Positions 1 to 10,813 of a stretch of 64,000 nucleotides of DNA are shown here, piece by piece; position 1 is the stretch's first letter; each line of letters begins with the position of its first letter. The stretch spans positions 38,502,001 through 38,566,000 of the forward strand of contig NC_079166.1 in the NCBI RefSeq assembly GCF_947568905.1, given 5' to 3'. The notes below the pieces were generated by a model. It did not search any database and was not told the DNA's origin. It saw only the letters and a list, made by a program, of their open reading frames with translations. The stretch is from Ostrea edulis (Eukaryota). The position numbers and the translations under genes were made by a program.

Positions 1-137
1 ATATTTTTTTTCGTTGGATGGAGGTATTCCACGAAAAAAATAGACGGAAAACTTTTGCATCATGCGCTACGCGCAATAATGCAGTTTTCCGTTGTTGTTT
101 TTTCGTTGAATACCTCCATTCAACGAAGAAATAATAA
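1..137. repeat. Long imperfect palindrome, probably a DNA-transposon terminus cut by the window edge
   Basis: TTCGTTGGATGGAGGTATTCCACGAAAAAA...GGAAAAC / GTTTTCC...TTTTTTCGTTGAATACCTCCATTCAACGAA arms around the centre GCGC-TAC-GCGC (64-74). Confidence 0.7.
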
Positions 138-796
138 ATTCATTCCTTAGATGTAATGCAAATAATTTCAGTGATTTATCCAACACTCGTTGAAAGACAA
201 TTATCTTTTATAAGAAAACAAATACTGGTCACAATGGTGCATGGTAATCAATTTGAAGGTCCGGATGAAATTCATTTCCGAGATAACTAGTGATGGGTAA
301 AATTTGATAAAAGAAATTCTAGCAATTCATTCCGGAATTTGGAGCCGTAAATTGTTATAAGATTTTTTTTTGTTTTTTTTTTGGTTGCAATAAAATCCAG
401 ATTTAGTGTCTTTTCATTTCTATAATTTTTACCTGTAGTAATTCTTATCTGAATCAATATGTTTTTGTATTATGGAAGAGAGCAATCCGTGATGTAAGGA
501 ACATGGATATGATGATGTACACTTATTAAAGGAAAAGGAAAATGTGTTTATGAATAAAATACTTGGGTGTGAAGATCAAATTAGAAAATCCTATGCAATT
601 AATGCAAATAACATAATTTAAGTGATTTATACAACACTTGTAGTAGTTTTTCATAAAAAAGACATACTGGCCAGTATGTATTGACTGTGTGGTAAACAGT
701 TTTATAAGTTATAAATAGCCAGACTTATCAGTAACACAACCGTAAAGGAAATTCCCATCGCTAATTATAGAAAAACAGAATATGGGAAGGAATAGT

Positions 797-876
797 ATGC
801 AAATGCTCGGAAATCACACACAGGTCTTTACTCGACAGTAGAGTATATATACTACACAACATGGTTTCTCTGTTAT
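797..876 (+). promoter_or_regulatory. Type-3 (U6-like) Pol III promoter of copy 1: octamer, PSE candidate, TATA
   Basis: ATGCAAAT at 797-804 (-80), a conserved block CTCGGAAATCRCACACAGG..TT.ACTCGACAGTAGAG, then TATATATA at -33. The same layout recurs at 3362-3441 (octamer variant ATGTAAAT), 4901-4980 and 6890-6969. Confidence 0.65.
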
Positions 877-947
877 GGAAGGTCCGAAGAGTCTAGGTTA
901 TCAATGATGGATTCAATACCCCTAGTTCAGCATTAGACCTCCCTTTT
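877..947 (+). ncRNA. Y RNA / stem-bulge RNA-like Pol III gene, copy 1 (71 nt)
   Basis: GGAAGGTCCGAAGAGTCTAGGTTATC...CCTAGTTCAGCATTAGACCTCCCTTTT. The 5' and 3' ends pair (GG.AGGTC/GACCT.CC), C is at position 9 inside GGTCCGA as in vertebrate Y RNAs, the upper stem is followed by TTATC, and a T4 terminator ends it. TATATATA lies at 844-851 (-33). Confidence 0.8.
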
Positions 948-1172
948 GTTGTTTTAATTACTGACCAGTATATCCATCTACTGATATTCAAAATATTTGA
1001 AAACATGATAACCTGAATCTTACATCATCCATCCTGTATCTTTATTCGTCTGATTGCAATTCATTGATATCTTAAATGATAAAAAGACTCGATTCATAAA
1101 ATCACAGAATGTCATTCTAATACTCCTTTATTTCATTTCATACAAAAACATTGTTTGGATGAAATTATAATA

Positions 1173-1401
1173 CCGAATAGCGGGTTTTTTCCGCGGGGTT
1201 ATAAATTTAGTTTATTTTAGTGGTTAGATGGCTTTCCGCCAAAATTTCAATCGCCAAATATGCACCCAATGGCGACTTCAGTATTTAAAAGAGAGACAAC
1301 TCTCCCCTGTCCGTCCAAATTCATTCCGTCAAAATTGTTAGCATACCTTTCAGCCAGCAAATCGCCAAGTTTTAGACCCGCGGAATAAACCCGCTATACG
1401 G
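1173..1401. mobile_element. MITE with TA TSD (Tc1/mariner-type signature)
   Basis: TIRs CCG(A/T)ATAGCGGGTTT(T/A)TTCCGCGGG at both ends, flanked by TA. The homologous site in the other array units (about 3925 and 5640) is empty. Confidence 0.75.
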
Positions 1402-2171
1402 TATACTAGTAGATTCATTCGTCAAAGATACTGACAGGGTTGCTATCACGATACCCCTATTTCAGAACTTTACTTTCCTTTTCCTCTTTTAATCACTAGC
1501 ACTTCCAACTAAAAATTAAAATATTTGAAATTAGACACTGAAATGTTTATATGATGATTACGATCATGATATTTTGAAAACGAAAGACATGTCAAGAAAC
1601 AAAGACTACATAGAAATGGATGGATAGACCTTCATTCAATTATTATATCAATTTAAAAGACACCGTTCATAGGTACATGCAGTTATATTTTCACCTCAAC
1701 TTAAAAACTTAAAAAGATGCTTTGTTAGTGACAAAAATAATAAAAGTACCCTCTATCTATAATGGATAGCAAAATCGGTTTACAAAACGGATTTATAGAC
1801 AGTAGTAATATACAGACACGTATAGAATATATATATATATAATGTAACAGTTATACATATACTCATTTTACATGTACATATGTAATATAAAATTGGACAC
1901 GATGAATAAGATGTAGCGAGGATGATTATAGTTCAGTTTGATGGACTGGGTGAAATTAATTTCTGAGATGTGCAGATTAAAATTACTACTGTTGGTTAAA
2001 ATTCAAAACGAAATTCTAGCAATTCATTCCACAACTGCGAGCCGTATATTGCAAACAATCTTCTGAATTACTGCATTATCCCCCTTGGGATACACACTGT
2101 ACTGCTTTAACTTGATTTTGTAGGTTTATTGCTAATTTCACTATTTTCTTTTGCAAAAAAAAATAATTCAT

Positions 2172-2960
2172 ATTTATACCGAGCGAAGCTCGGACGGGCC
2201 GAAGGCCCGTCCGCGAAGCAAGGCTCTAAAGGTAACACGTATGTAAAAGAAAAAAGTCAAAATCAGCAAAGGAAAAAGAGATAATCTCTATATACGTTCA
2301 CTGAAATTTTCATGATCCATATGGGCGCCGCCATTTATTTTTTCATTATCCGCTTCAACGTTTATTCGTGTTTTATTTTGAATGCCAATAATAGAAGACT
2401 CTACGTGCAATTCTAATTCAAACACTCAGTTTGTTCAAAGTGAATAGTATAATTATCATTGTAACAGGTTTTAGTACATAAATACATATAAAACCGTAAT
2501 ACGACTAAATAGATGAACGAGTTCATGAGTTTCTTTGAATAAGAATATACGATAACATTACGGTTACTTTTTTACCATTTTGAAGTTATTGGTTAATTTT
2601 GTTTAGTTTTAACGGCCTTTTTCATTGCATACGGAATGTATTATTGTTGTTTATAATTGTTTGCTTTGAAAAAGAGAAAAAAGTCGAGGCTAAATGTGAC
2701 GTCACGATGCACAGTTTACGTCGCCTTGCGTTTTATTTCCTGCGTTCAATGAATAGGCGGATCCCGTAAAACTAATTGTCCCCATATAAACCCCTTTAAT
2801 ACTTAGATGTTACTGGGTGTTTAGCGTAAGGAAAATTTCATTCAAAATATATATTTTTAAATGAATCATAATCTACCGTACTTAACGGAATTATGATTAC
2901 TACTTGGGACACTCCAATGACAATTACATGCTTCGCTCGGTCCAACGGTCACACCGTATA
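2172..2960 (+). mobile_element. Helentron/HINE-type non-autonomous element
   Basis: Sub-terminal inverted repeat ACCGAGCGAAGC (2178-2189) / GCTTCGCTCGGT (2930-2941), 5' mini-hairpin ACGGGCCGAAGGCCCGT, and 3' hairpin ACGGT-CAC-ACCGT (2945-2957). Absent from the other array units. Confidence 0.7.
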
Positions 2961-3441
2961 CATATTAATTTTTTATTTTTGAATTTCTTATCTGAAACGC
3001 TATATTTTTTGTATTATGAAAGAGAGCAGTTATTGATGTATAGAGCATGCATATGATAATGCATTAAAATAAAAAAAAAAGGGGGAAAACAACAACAGAA
3101 AAGAAATTCAACCGTATTTTGATTACACTAGTTCCATTACTTCGGTAGATTTAATTCATCTTTTCATGTGTTTATAAATAAAACACTTGGTGTGAAGATC
3201 AAACTAGAAAATCATATGCAATGCATTAAATTTCAGTGACTTATCAAATACTCGCTCTGGTAAATAACATTTCAAACGTATTATTCACACAACAGCAAGG
3301 GAATCCCCATCGTTAATTATAGAAAAAATAACCCAGAATATGGAAAGGATATCATTATAGTATGTAAATACTCGGAAACCGTACACAGGCAACCATTCGA
3401 CAGTAGAGTATATATACTACACAACATGGTTTCTGTGTTAT

Positions 3442-3512
3442 GGTAGGTCCGAAGAGTCTAGGTTATCAATGATGAATTCAATACCCCTAGCTCAGCATTA
3501 GACCTCCCTTTT
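3442..3512 (+). ncRNA. Y RNA-like Pol III gene, copy 2 (71 nt)
   Basis: GGTAGGTCCGAAGAGTCTAGGTTATC...CCTAGCTCAGCATTAGACCTCCCTTTT; TATA at 3409-3416 (-33); same fold as copy 1. Confidence 0.8.
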
Positions 3513-3585
3513 CCTGTTTTAATCACTGGTCAGTATATCCATCTACTAATGTTTATAATATTTGAAAACATGACAAACTGAATCA

Positions 3586-3793
3586 TGAAAGGTGAAGATA
3601 ACGAACAGTGATCAATTTCATAACTCCTATAAGCAATACAAAATAGAGAGTTGGGCAAACATGGACCCCTGAACACACCAGAGGTAGGATCAGGTGCCTA
3701 GGAGTAAACATCCCCTGTCTGCCGGTCACACTCGCGGTGAACCCTGTATCTTGATCGGGTATAGGGAGTTATCCGTAGTCAAAATCAGTGTGC
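3586..3793 (-). mobile_element. Penelope-like element, 3' end fragment
   Basis: Shares the TGAAAGGTGAAGATAACGAACAGTGATC terminus and 3' UTR with the RT-bearing copies at 44189 and 55069; inserted into array unit 2. Confidence 0.85.
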
Positions 3794-4980
3794 ATCAACA
3801 ATCTTCTATCTTTTATCCGTGAGATTGCGATTACAATATATAAAGATTAATAAAAACATCATCCTGATACTGCTTTATTATGTCTAATTCAAATACATAG
3901 TTTTGGATGTAATGAAAATGTACTAGTAGATGTATTGATGTTCGTCATAGATAGGTGACTGACATAGTCGTTATCACAATACCTCTATCTCAACACCTGA
4001 CTTCCCTGTTGGTCTCCTAATTATAACAGTTCTTCCAGCTACAATTTAAAATATTTGAAAAATTAATGCACACGGAAATCTCAATGATACAAGTCTATTA
4101 ACAATCACGTATGGGGCATCATGAATAATGAAAGACACGTCTCTATCTCGATTTCTACAAAGAAAACACAGGAATGGATGCACGAGCCTGCATTAGTTAT
4201 TATCAATCTAAGGTACCCTCAAATTTTGTTGAAGAATAATAATTGTTATATAATACAAAGCTTGGTATCAAATGAAAAATAATTAACATACACAGTGATT
4301 CACTGAAAGAATTTTCAAAATTGACCAAGACACATGAGGAGTATCTGTAATAGAGATTTTAAAAAAAAGTCTGGCAATGCATTTCGCGGCTGGGAGTCGT
4401 AAATTGTAAAAGATCTTCTAAAATATAATATTTATACGATACATCGCTTTGACTTGATTTAGAAAGTCCGCTGCTGATTTCACTGTTTTGTTTTGCAATA
4501 AAATTGAGAATACGTATCTTTTCATTTTGTAATTTTTACCTGAGATATTCTTTTTGGTATTATGGAAGATAAAATGGAAGATGCATGTGATAATGTATGC
4601 TTTTTACAGAACAAGACTATATGATTTTGTAAGCTGCAACTTTTCAGGGGATTTGATTCTTTTTTGCATCTTCACTTCGTCTGAAGATCAGTTAGAAAAT
4701 CACATGCAATGCAAATAATTTTAATGATTTATCCAGCACACGTTCAAAGATTAGCCAACACCTTTCATACGAAAAAGAATACTGGTCAGCATCTATTGAC
4801 TGTGTGGTAAGTAGTCATGTATAAAACGGTAAAGGAAATCCCCGTTGCTAAAAAAAGAAATACACAATGTTGAAAGGATATAATCATAATACATGTATAT
4901 ATGCAAATACTGGGAAATCGCACACAGGCCTTCACTCGACAGTAGAGTATATATACTACACAACATGGTTTCTGTGTTAT

Positions 4981-5050
4981 GGAAGGTCCGAAGAGTTTAG
5001 GTTATCACGATTGTTTCAATACCCCTAGCTCAGCATTAGACCTCCCTTTT
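4981..5050 (+). ncRNA. Y RNA-like Pol III gene, copy 3 (70 nt, divergent loop)
   Basis: GGAAGGTCCGAAGAGTTTAGGTTATCACGATTGTTTCAATACCCCTAGCTCAGCATTAGACCTCCCTTTT; TATA at 4948-4955 (-33); stems retained, loop changed. Confidence 0.78.
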
Positions 5051-5116
5051 GCTGTTTTGAATTACTGGTCAATATTTCAGTATTACTTACTAATATTTCT
5101 AAAAAAATATTTGAAA

Positions 5117-5450
5117 CCGGTCACAGTGGGAGAGCGTTCGCTTCGTAATCGGGAGGTGGTGAGTTCGATCCCCGCTTGTGTCATGACCGCGTTAAAACTA
5201 AAATGTCAACATAGGTAGTGATTGTTCTTTCGCCAAACACTCGGAATTTAAAAGTGAGAATCACGGATCTTTCGGATATAACTTTAAAACGGAGGTTCCG
5301 TGTCGCGATAGGCGTTGGTACGATAAAGAACCCTCACTGCTACGGCTCTGAGTACTATAAGCTTGGGTCTAATTGTTTGTGGTACTTCACCTACAGTTAG
5401 TGACGTTTCAATATGAGTGAAAATTCTCGACTTTACGTAACAAAACAAAC
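5117..5450 (+). mobile_element. tRNA-headed SINE (Nin/Meta-like core)
   Basis: tRNA-like head with B box GAGTTCGATCCC, core GGTTCCGTGTCGCG...GTACGATAAAGAACCC, (AAAC)n tail, and near-perfect 13-bp TSD AAAATATTTG(A/C)AA at 5104-5116 and 5451-5463. Confidence 0.85.
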
Positions 5451-6969
5451 AAAATATTTGCAAACCTGACCATCTGAATCATATATCAACAATCTTGTAT
5501 CTTTTTTTCCGTGAGATTGCGATTATTGGGTCTTAGAAGTGAATTATAAAGACTCTGTTCATAAAAATCGCAGAATACCATTCTCATACTCTTTTCTTAA
5601 ATTTAATTCGAATACAGTGTTCGAATGTACTTTTAAAATACTAGTAGATGTGTTGATGTTCGACAAAGATAGGGAACGGTCATGGTTGCTATCACGATAC
5701 CCCTATTTCAGCACTTTGATTCCCTTAAATGCTCTTTTAATTATACCAGGTCTTCCAGCTACAATGTAATCTATTTGATCATAAAAATTAATACATACGA
5801 AAATTTCATTGATATATATTTTAACAATGATATGCACCCCCCCCTTCCCCCCGACGATTCTGTTATCATGAATAATGAGAGACACGTCAAAATCTTAATC
5901 CCTACAAAGAATACATGTAATAGAAAAAAAAGATGGACGGGTCTTCACTATTTTATCATTTTCAAAGACACCTTATCATTATTATCATCAACAACATCTC
6001 TAATAATTGATACCCTATATTTATATGGGATAGCAAAATTCGTTTACAAAACTAGTTCGCATTGTTTTCTGGAGAACAGATTTACTGATACTGTAGTAAT
6101 TATGATAATAATATCCTCTATTTATACTAAATAGCACAGAATTAGTTTACATTGTGGTCCTGAAAACAGATTTAATTTACATAACTATTATAAAACTGCA
6201 CACAATTAATGAAATGTACATGTAATGAACATGCTTGTAATGAATTTGATAAGTTGTGTGGAATTAATTTCCGAGATATGTAAATTTAAAATCACTAATG
6301 TTGGATAAAATTTGAAAATAAATTCCAGCAATTCATTCCACAACTGGGAACCGTAAATTGTAAAAGGTCTTTCAACTAACTGTATTTATGCAATGCACTG
6401 CTTTAACTTAATTTAGTAGCTTTACTGCTAATTTTACTGTTTGGTTTTGCAATAAAATTCATCCTTAGTATCTTTTCATTTTTGTAATTCTTATCTGAAG
6501 CACTATATTTTTTTCAATTATGAAAGTGGGAAGTCCTTGATGTATGAAACATGCATATGATGATGCATACCTTTGATTTGAATATCTCTGCAGCAATGGA
6601 ATATGCTTCTGTAAGTTGCAACATTTCAGGGGATTTCATTTTTCTATTTATGCGTTTATGAATAAAACAATTGATGTGAAGATACAATTAGAAAATCATA
6701 TGCAATGCAAATTATTTAAGTGATTTATCCAACACTCGTTCAAAAACTAGTACCTTTGATAAGGAAAAAAGAAGAGGTCAATATCGCTTGAGTGGTCAAC
6801 AGCCATATAAATAGCCAGTCAAACCATCAGCGAAGGGAATCCCCGTCGCTAAATATAGAAAAACAATATTGAACAGATATGATTATAGTATGCAAATGCT
6901 CGGAAATCGCACACAGGCCTTCACTCGACAGTAGAGTATATATACTACACAGCATGGTTTCTGTGTTAT

Positions 6970-7040
6970 GGAAGGTCCGAAGAGTCTAGGTTATCAATGA
7001 TGAATTCAATACCCCTAGTTCAGCATTAGACCTCCCTTTT
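6970..7040 (+). ncRNA. Y RNA-like Pol III gene, copy 4 (71 nt)
   Basis: GGAAGGTCCGAAGAGTCTAGGTTATCAATGATGAATTCAATACCCCTAGTTCAGCATTAGACCTCCCTTTT; TATA at 6937-6944 (-33). Confidence 0.8.
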
Positions 7041-9056
7041 CCTGTTTTGATTACTAGTCAGTTTGATTACTAGTTAGTGTTTCCATCTACTAGCGTTTCG
7101 AATTTGTGAAAACAAACTAAAGAAAACATATAAATCTGAATGAGAATGATTTCCCTACTTTATTATTCCTTTTGTTGTTAACTCACTCCGATCTGGGGTT
7201 ATGGTCTCACTCTGAATTAGGAAGTAATAGAACAGACTTGAATTTACACTACATATAAAAATGCTTGAATATCATTCCATAGCAGATATGTAAAGATTTT
7301 TTTAATCTATTTATGCGTAAAAAATCATGTCCCCTCTAGATAATGATAGGATTTATAGTTCGTAACTGTTATTGTAATGTAAAGGTTTAATGGAAAGGTC
7401 GCTTAGATTTCACTTTTTACAGAAAATTATAAACAAGGAAGAATATTTCTAAATAGCTGCTACTAATATAAATGCACACATTAGGAAGTCTTGTATAAAT
7501 TGACATAGGGAAGTAGTTAACAAATAAAATAAAAGCGAAGGGGGAGGGGGTGTTACAGAAAGGAAAACACACAATAGTTCCTAACAATGTATTCCCCTAG
7601 TGTAACACTCCTAACATAAGTCAATGTAACAAATGATATTGAACCAAATCGGCATTTAATGAAGTAATAACATCTATTTTCGTATAAAATAGATGCCATT
7701 ATTTTACGAGAAATGCTGATATGTATATCAAATTCGGGTGCGGGATATTAGGGCCCGTATGAATAAGTATAAATATAACTCAAAATTACCTATTACTAAT
7801 TCCATATGTATTGTGTTGCCAGTGAATTTGAATCTGTTCTGCGCTATTGAACTATGGTTTGTAAAACTGTTACTGTTGTCAAAGTGAGTGTTTTTATCAT
7901 AACTCCTTGCGTAATTAAGCTAAATATAGGGCTAATTCAACATACTCTAATCAAGTAACCATCCGCGGTTAACCCGGGGTGATCAATTTTGAACTTGTTG
8001 ATTGGTGTTTCATTGTGTGTTGTTGATGTAGTATTTGTGTGGGTTTGCTCGTGCCAAACGTCATTTGGATACAACCATTCCTACGCAGAATACAATTGTG
8101 CTTTTAACGCAGAGTACAAGTAAACCCTTACGGCAGTTTACTATGCAGAGTAATATATAGAATTAAGAATTATATAGCCCATCAGGTGACGCAGTGAATT
8201 CTGGTTTGAATGATATATAGCATTTGGTCAGACCCCCTTCCACTTGCTCTTGACTTTAACACAGTTATAAGATTTCGTGTAAACTGGTCTCAGTCGTTCG
8301 TTTAGAAAAGTGTATTTGCCCTGTACTGTATCATGATCAGTGAAATTTTAAATAGAATTGTGTGAAATATTGCTGTTGGCATTATATTGTATTTCTAGTG
8401 ATATTGTCTTTGTTTTTCAATTTACATATTCAAATGACCGCCGGTAGAAAAGTCAATTTTACAGAAATTATGCTTTTAAACGTGTGTATCACACAAACGT
8501 TTTACGTAATATTTGGTACAATTACATCTCTTTGTACAGAAGTGCTAAGGTCCGCACCACTTTGAGCTGAGTGATTGAATAGAGGAGTCGATAAAATAAA
8601 CACACACCCCATAAAACCTCTCTCACACATGCACCGACTTTATTTGCATATACGTCAGCATGTCAGCATGGTGTCATTTCAGAGGTTGATATTACGCAGT
8701 TTTGTGTATCAAAAACATAAAGAAATAATTTAACATGTAATTTTTAATATTTACAGGCATTATCCTGTTATTCGCTCCGCGGAGCGAATAATATTTGACG
8801 TTGTTGACGTTACGCCAAAACTGTCAATGGAGGAAAAATAGCAACTGAAACAAAAAGCAAAACCTCGAGTACCATCCATTTTGAGAAGGTCAAGTGTTAA
8901 AAATAGGTGAAGGTGCAACTAAATAGAGAGAATATACCTTCGTAATAAACATGAAAATCTGAAGTTTTATTTTATTTGTAGCGTTTGTATTCGTATTGTA
9001 TTTTAAATATAAGATTTATTCAGAAATATATGAATGATATTTTGAAAGATCGTCCT

Positions 9057-9770
9057 TATATATATACTCCTGTTATTCGCACCGGTGCGAATAACAGGAG
9101 TATATATATACAGACGAAGTTTCCATTTCAAGCTAAAACGCTCTAAAAAGGGAAGAATTCCCGGGAAAAGGGTTTCTTTGGGGGAGAGTATATAAAAAAT
9201 GGGGCTTGGAAGTTTTGGGGGTGAATTTCAATGAATACGACATTTAATGAATGAATATAGTGCTAAAATTATTCGCACCGGTGCGAATAACAGGAGTATA
9301 TACAGACGAAGTTTCCAATTTCAAGCTATAACGCTCTAAAAAGGTAAAAAGGGAAGAATTTCGGGTGAATTTCAATGAATATGACATTTAATGAATGAAT
9401 ATAGTGCCATAATTATTCGCACCGGTGCGAATAACAGGAGTATATATATACAGACGAAGTTTCCATTTCAAGCTAAAACGCTCTAAAAAGGGAAGAATTC
9501 CCGGGAAAAGGGTTTCTTTGGGGGAGAGTATATAAAAAATGGGGCTTGGAAGTTTTGGGGGTGAATTTCAATGAATACGACATTTAATGAATGAATATAG
9601 TGCTAAAATTATTCGCACCGGTGCGAATAACAGGAGTATATACAGACGAAGTTTCCAATTTCAAGCTATAACGCTCTAAAAAGGGAAGAATTTCAGGTGA
9701 ATTTCAATGAATATAGTGCTAAAATTTTTAGCACCGGTGTGAATCACAGAAGTATATATATATAGACGAG
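9057..9770. repeat. Internal higher-order tandem repeat with palindromic cores
   Basis: TTATTCGCACCGGTGCGAATAA at 9073, 9269, 9413, 9609 and a degenerate copy at ~9728 (periods 196/144/196/~119). The first copy extends to a perfect 54-bp palindrome at 9057-9110. Confidence 0.9.
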
Positions 9771-10732
9771 GTTTACAAAATAAGGCATAATCATGTGATC
9801 CCCCATCCTCCCACACCTCCCACCTACAAGGTTGTTTTAATTTATACTTCTTTCACCTGTGCCATATGCAAATGTTTGAAAATTTGCATGTTCGTATAGT
9901 AATTGAAGGGAATAAACCAAATTTAAAGAGCAAATAACTCTTACACTTTATCGCGAATCAAATAACATGATAATGCCTAAAATAATTACACATTTACTTA
10001 AAACATACCTCTTTATTGTGAAAAGGAAACAGTAGCATACAATATGTAATAATTTTTACAGGTTAAACGTACAACAAATATATACATTTGAAAATGTGCG
10101 TCTCATTTTACAATTACTATACAGTACAATGGAATTCCTTCCCAAGAAATTTATACACAAATTGAACAGGAAAAAAAATAACATTTACATCAAATCCAAG
10201 TTTTTCCCTTGCAATTAACATACCATCATGTGTACATTCTATGAAAGGAATCGGGGTGTCTTAAAATAATTTAAACCTGTAGTTGTCCATCTCTACTCAT
10301 TTTGAAAAGGTTTTTAATTCAATAATAATAATTTTAAAAAAAGACCATTTCTTAAAATGTTTGATCCACCGTTCAAGCAAGATTTCCATTATACGGGACT
10401 AACTTGGCATGGTTTTTCCCTTTCTCACGCAATCTGAAAACGACCCCTCTAGGGAACAAAACAGAAATGATATCTTAAACCTAGTGTACCTCACTTGAAT
10501 AGAAAGCAATTATTGAATGCGAACAATAAAAAAAAATTGAACGCTACTCATGCAATTGTTAGTAAAGGAATGCCATTGTTAGTCAAAACTTAGAAACGGA
10601 ATAAACGTGCATTTCAATACACGATACAATTTTTTTTTATATAATTAAAATTAGAAAGTTTACTTTAACCCGTATTAACAAAACAAAAATGAAATTTAAT
10701 GCAAGAGACAAATACATAAGCATTTGAATGAA

Positions 10733-10768
10733 ATTTAGTTGACCAGTTAGCATTAATTTTATCTCATG

Positions 10769-10813
<45 letters not shown>

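Larger units (their letters stand above)
150..7100 (+). repeat. Diverged tandem array of ~1.5-kb units, each with one Y RNA-like gene
   Basis: Anchor CAGTAGAGTATATATACTAC at 836, 3401, 4940 and 6929. Flanking blocks such as GAAATTCTAGCAATTCATTCC and GTGAAGATCAAATTAGAAAATCATATGCAATGCA recur in the same order. Spacing differences are largely explained by TE insertions. Confidence 0.9.

Noticed and set aside
836-960. Conserved array core as a box C/D or H/ACA snoRNA or a pre-miRNA
   Set aside because: ATGATGA is present in only two copies and box D (CTGA) in only one. An ANANNA exists on the minus strand but no terminal ACA follows. The TATA spacing and T4 terminator fit a plus-strand Pol III Y-like gene much better.
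4979-5400. ORF-track proteins of 79 aa and 60 aa
   Set aside because: They overlap the RNA gene copy 3 and a SINE, and the frame is not open in the other copies.
8756-9770. Palindromic repeats as a CRISPR-like array
   Set aside because: The sequence between palindromes is itself repeated, not unique spacers; the context is eukaryotic and there are no cas genes.
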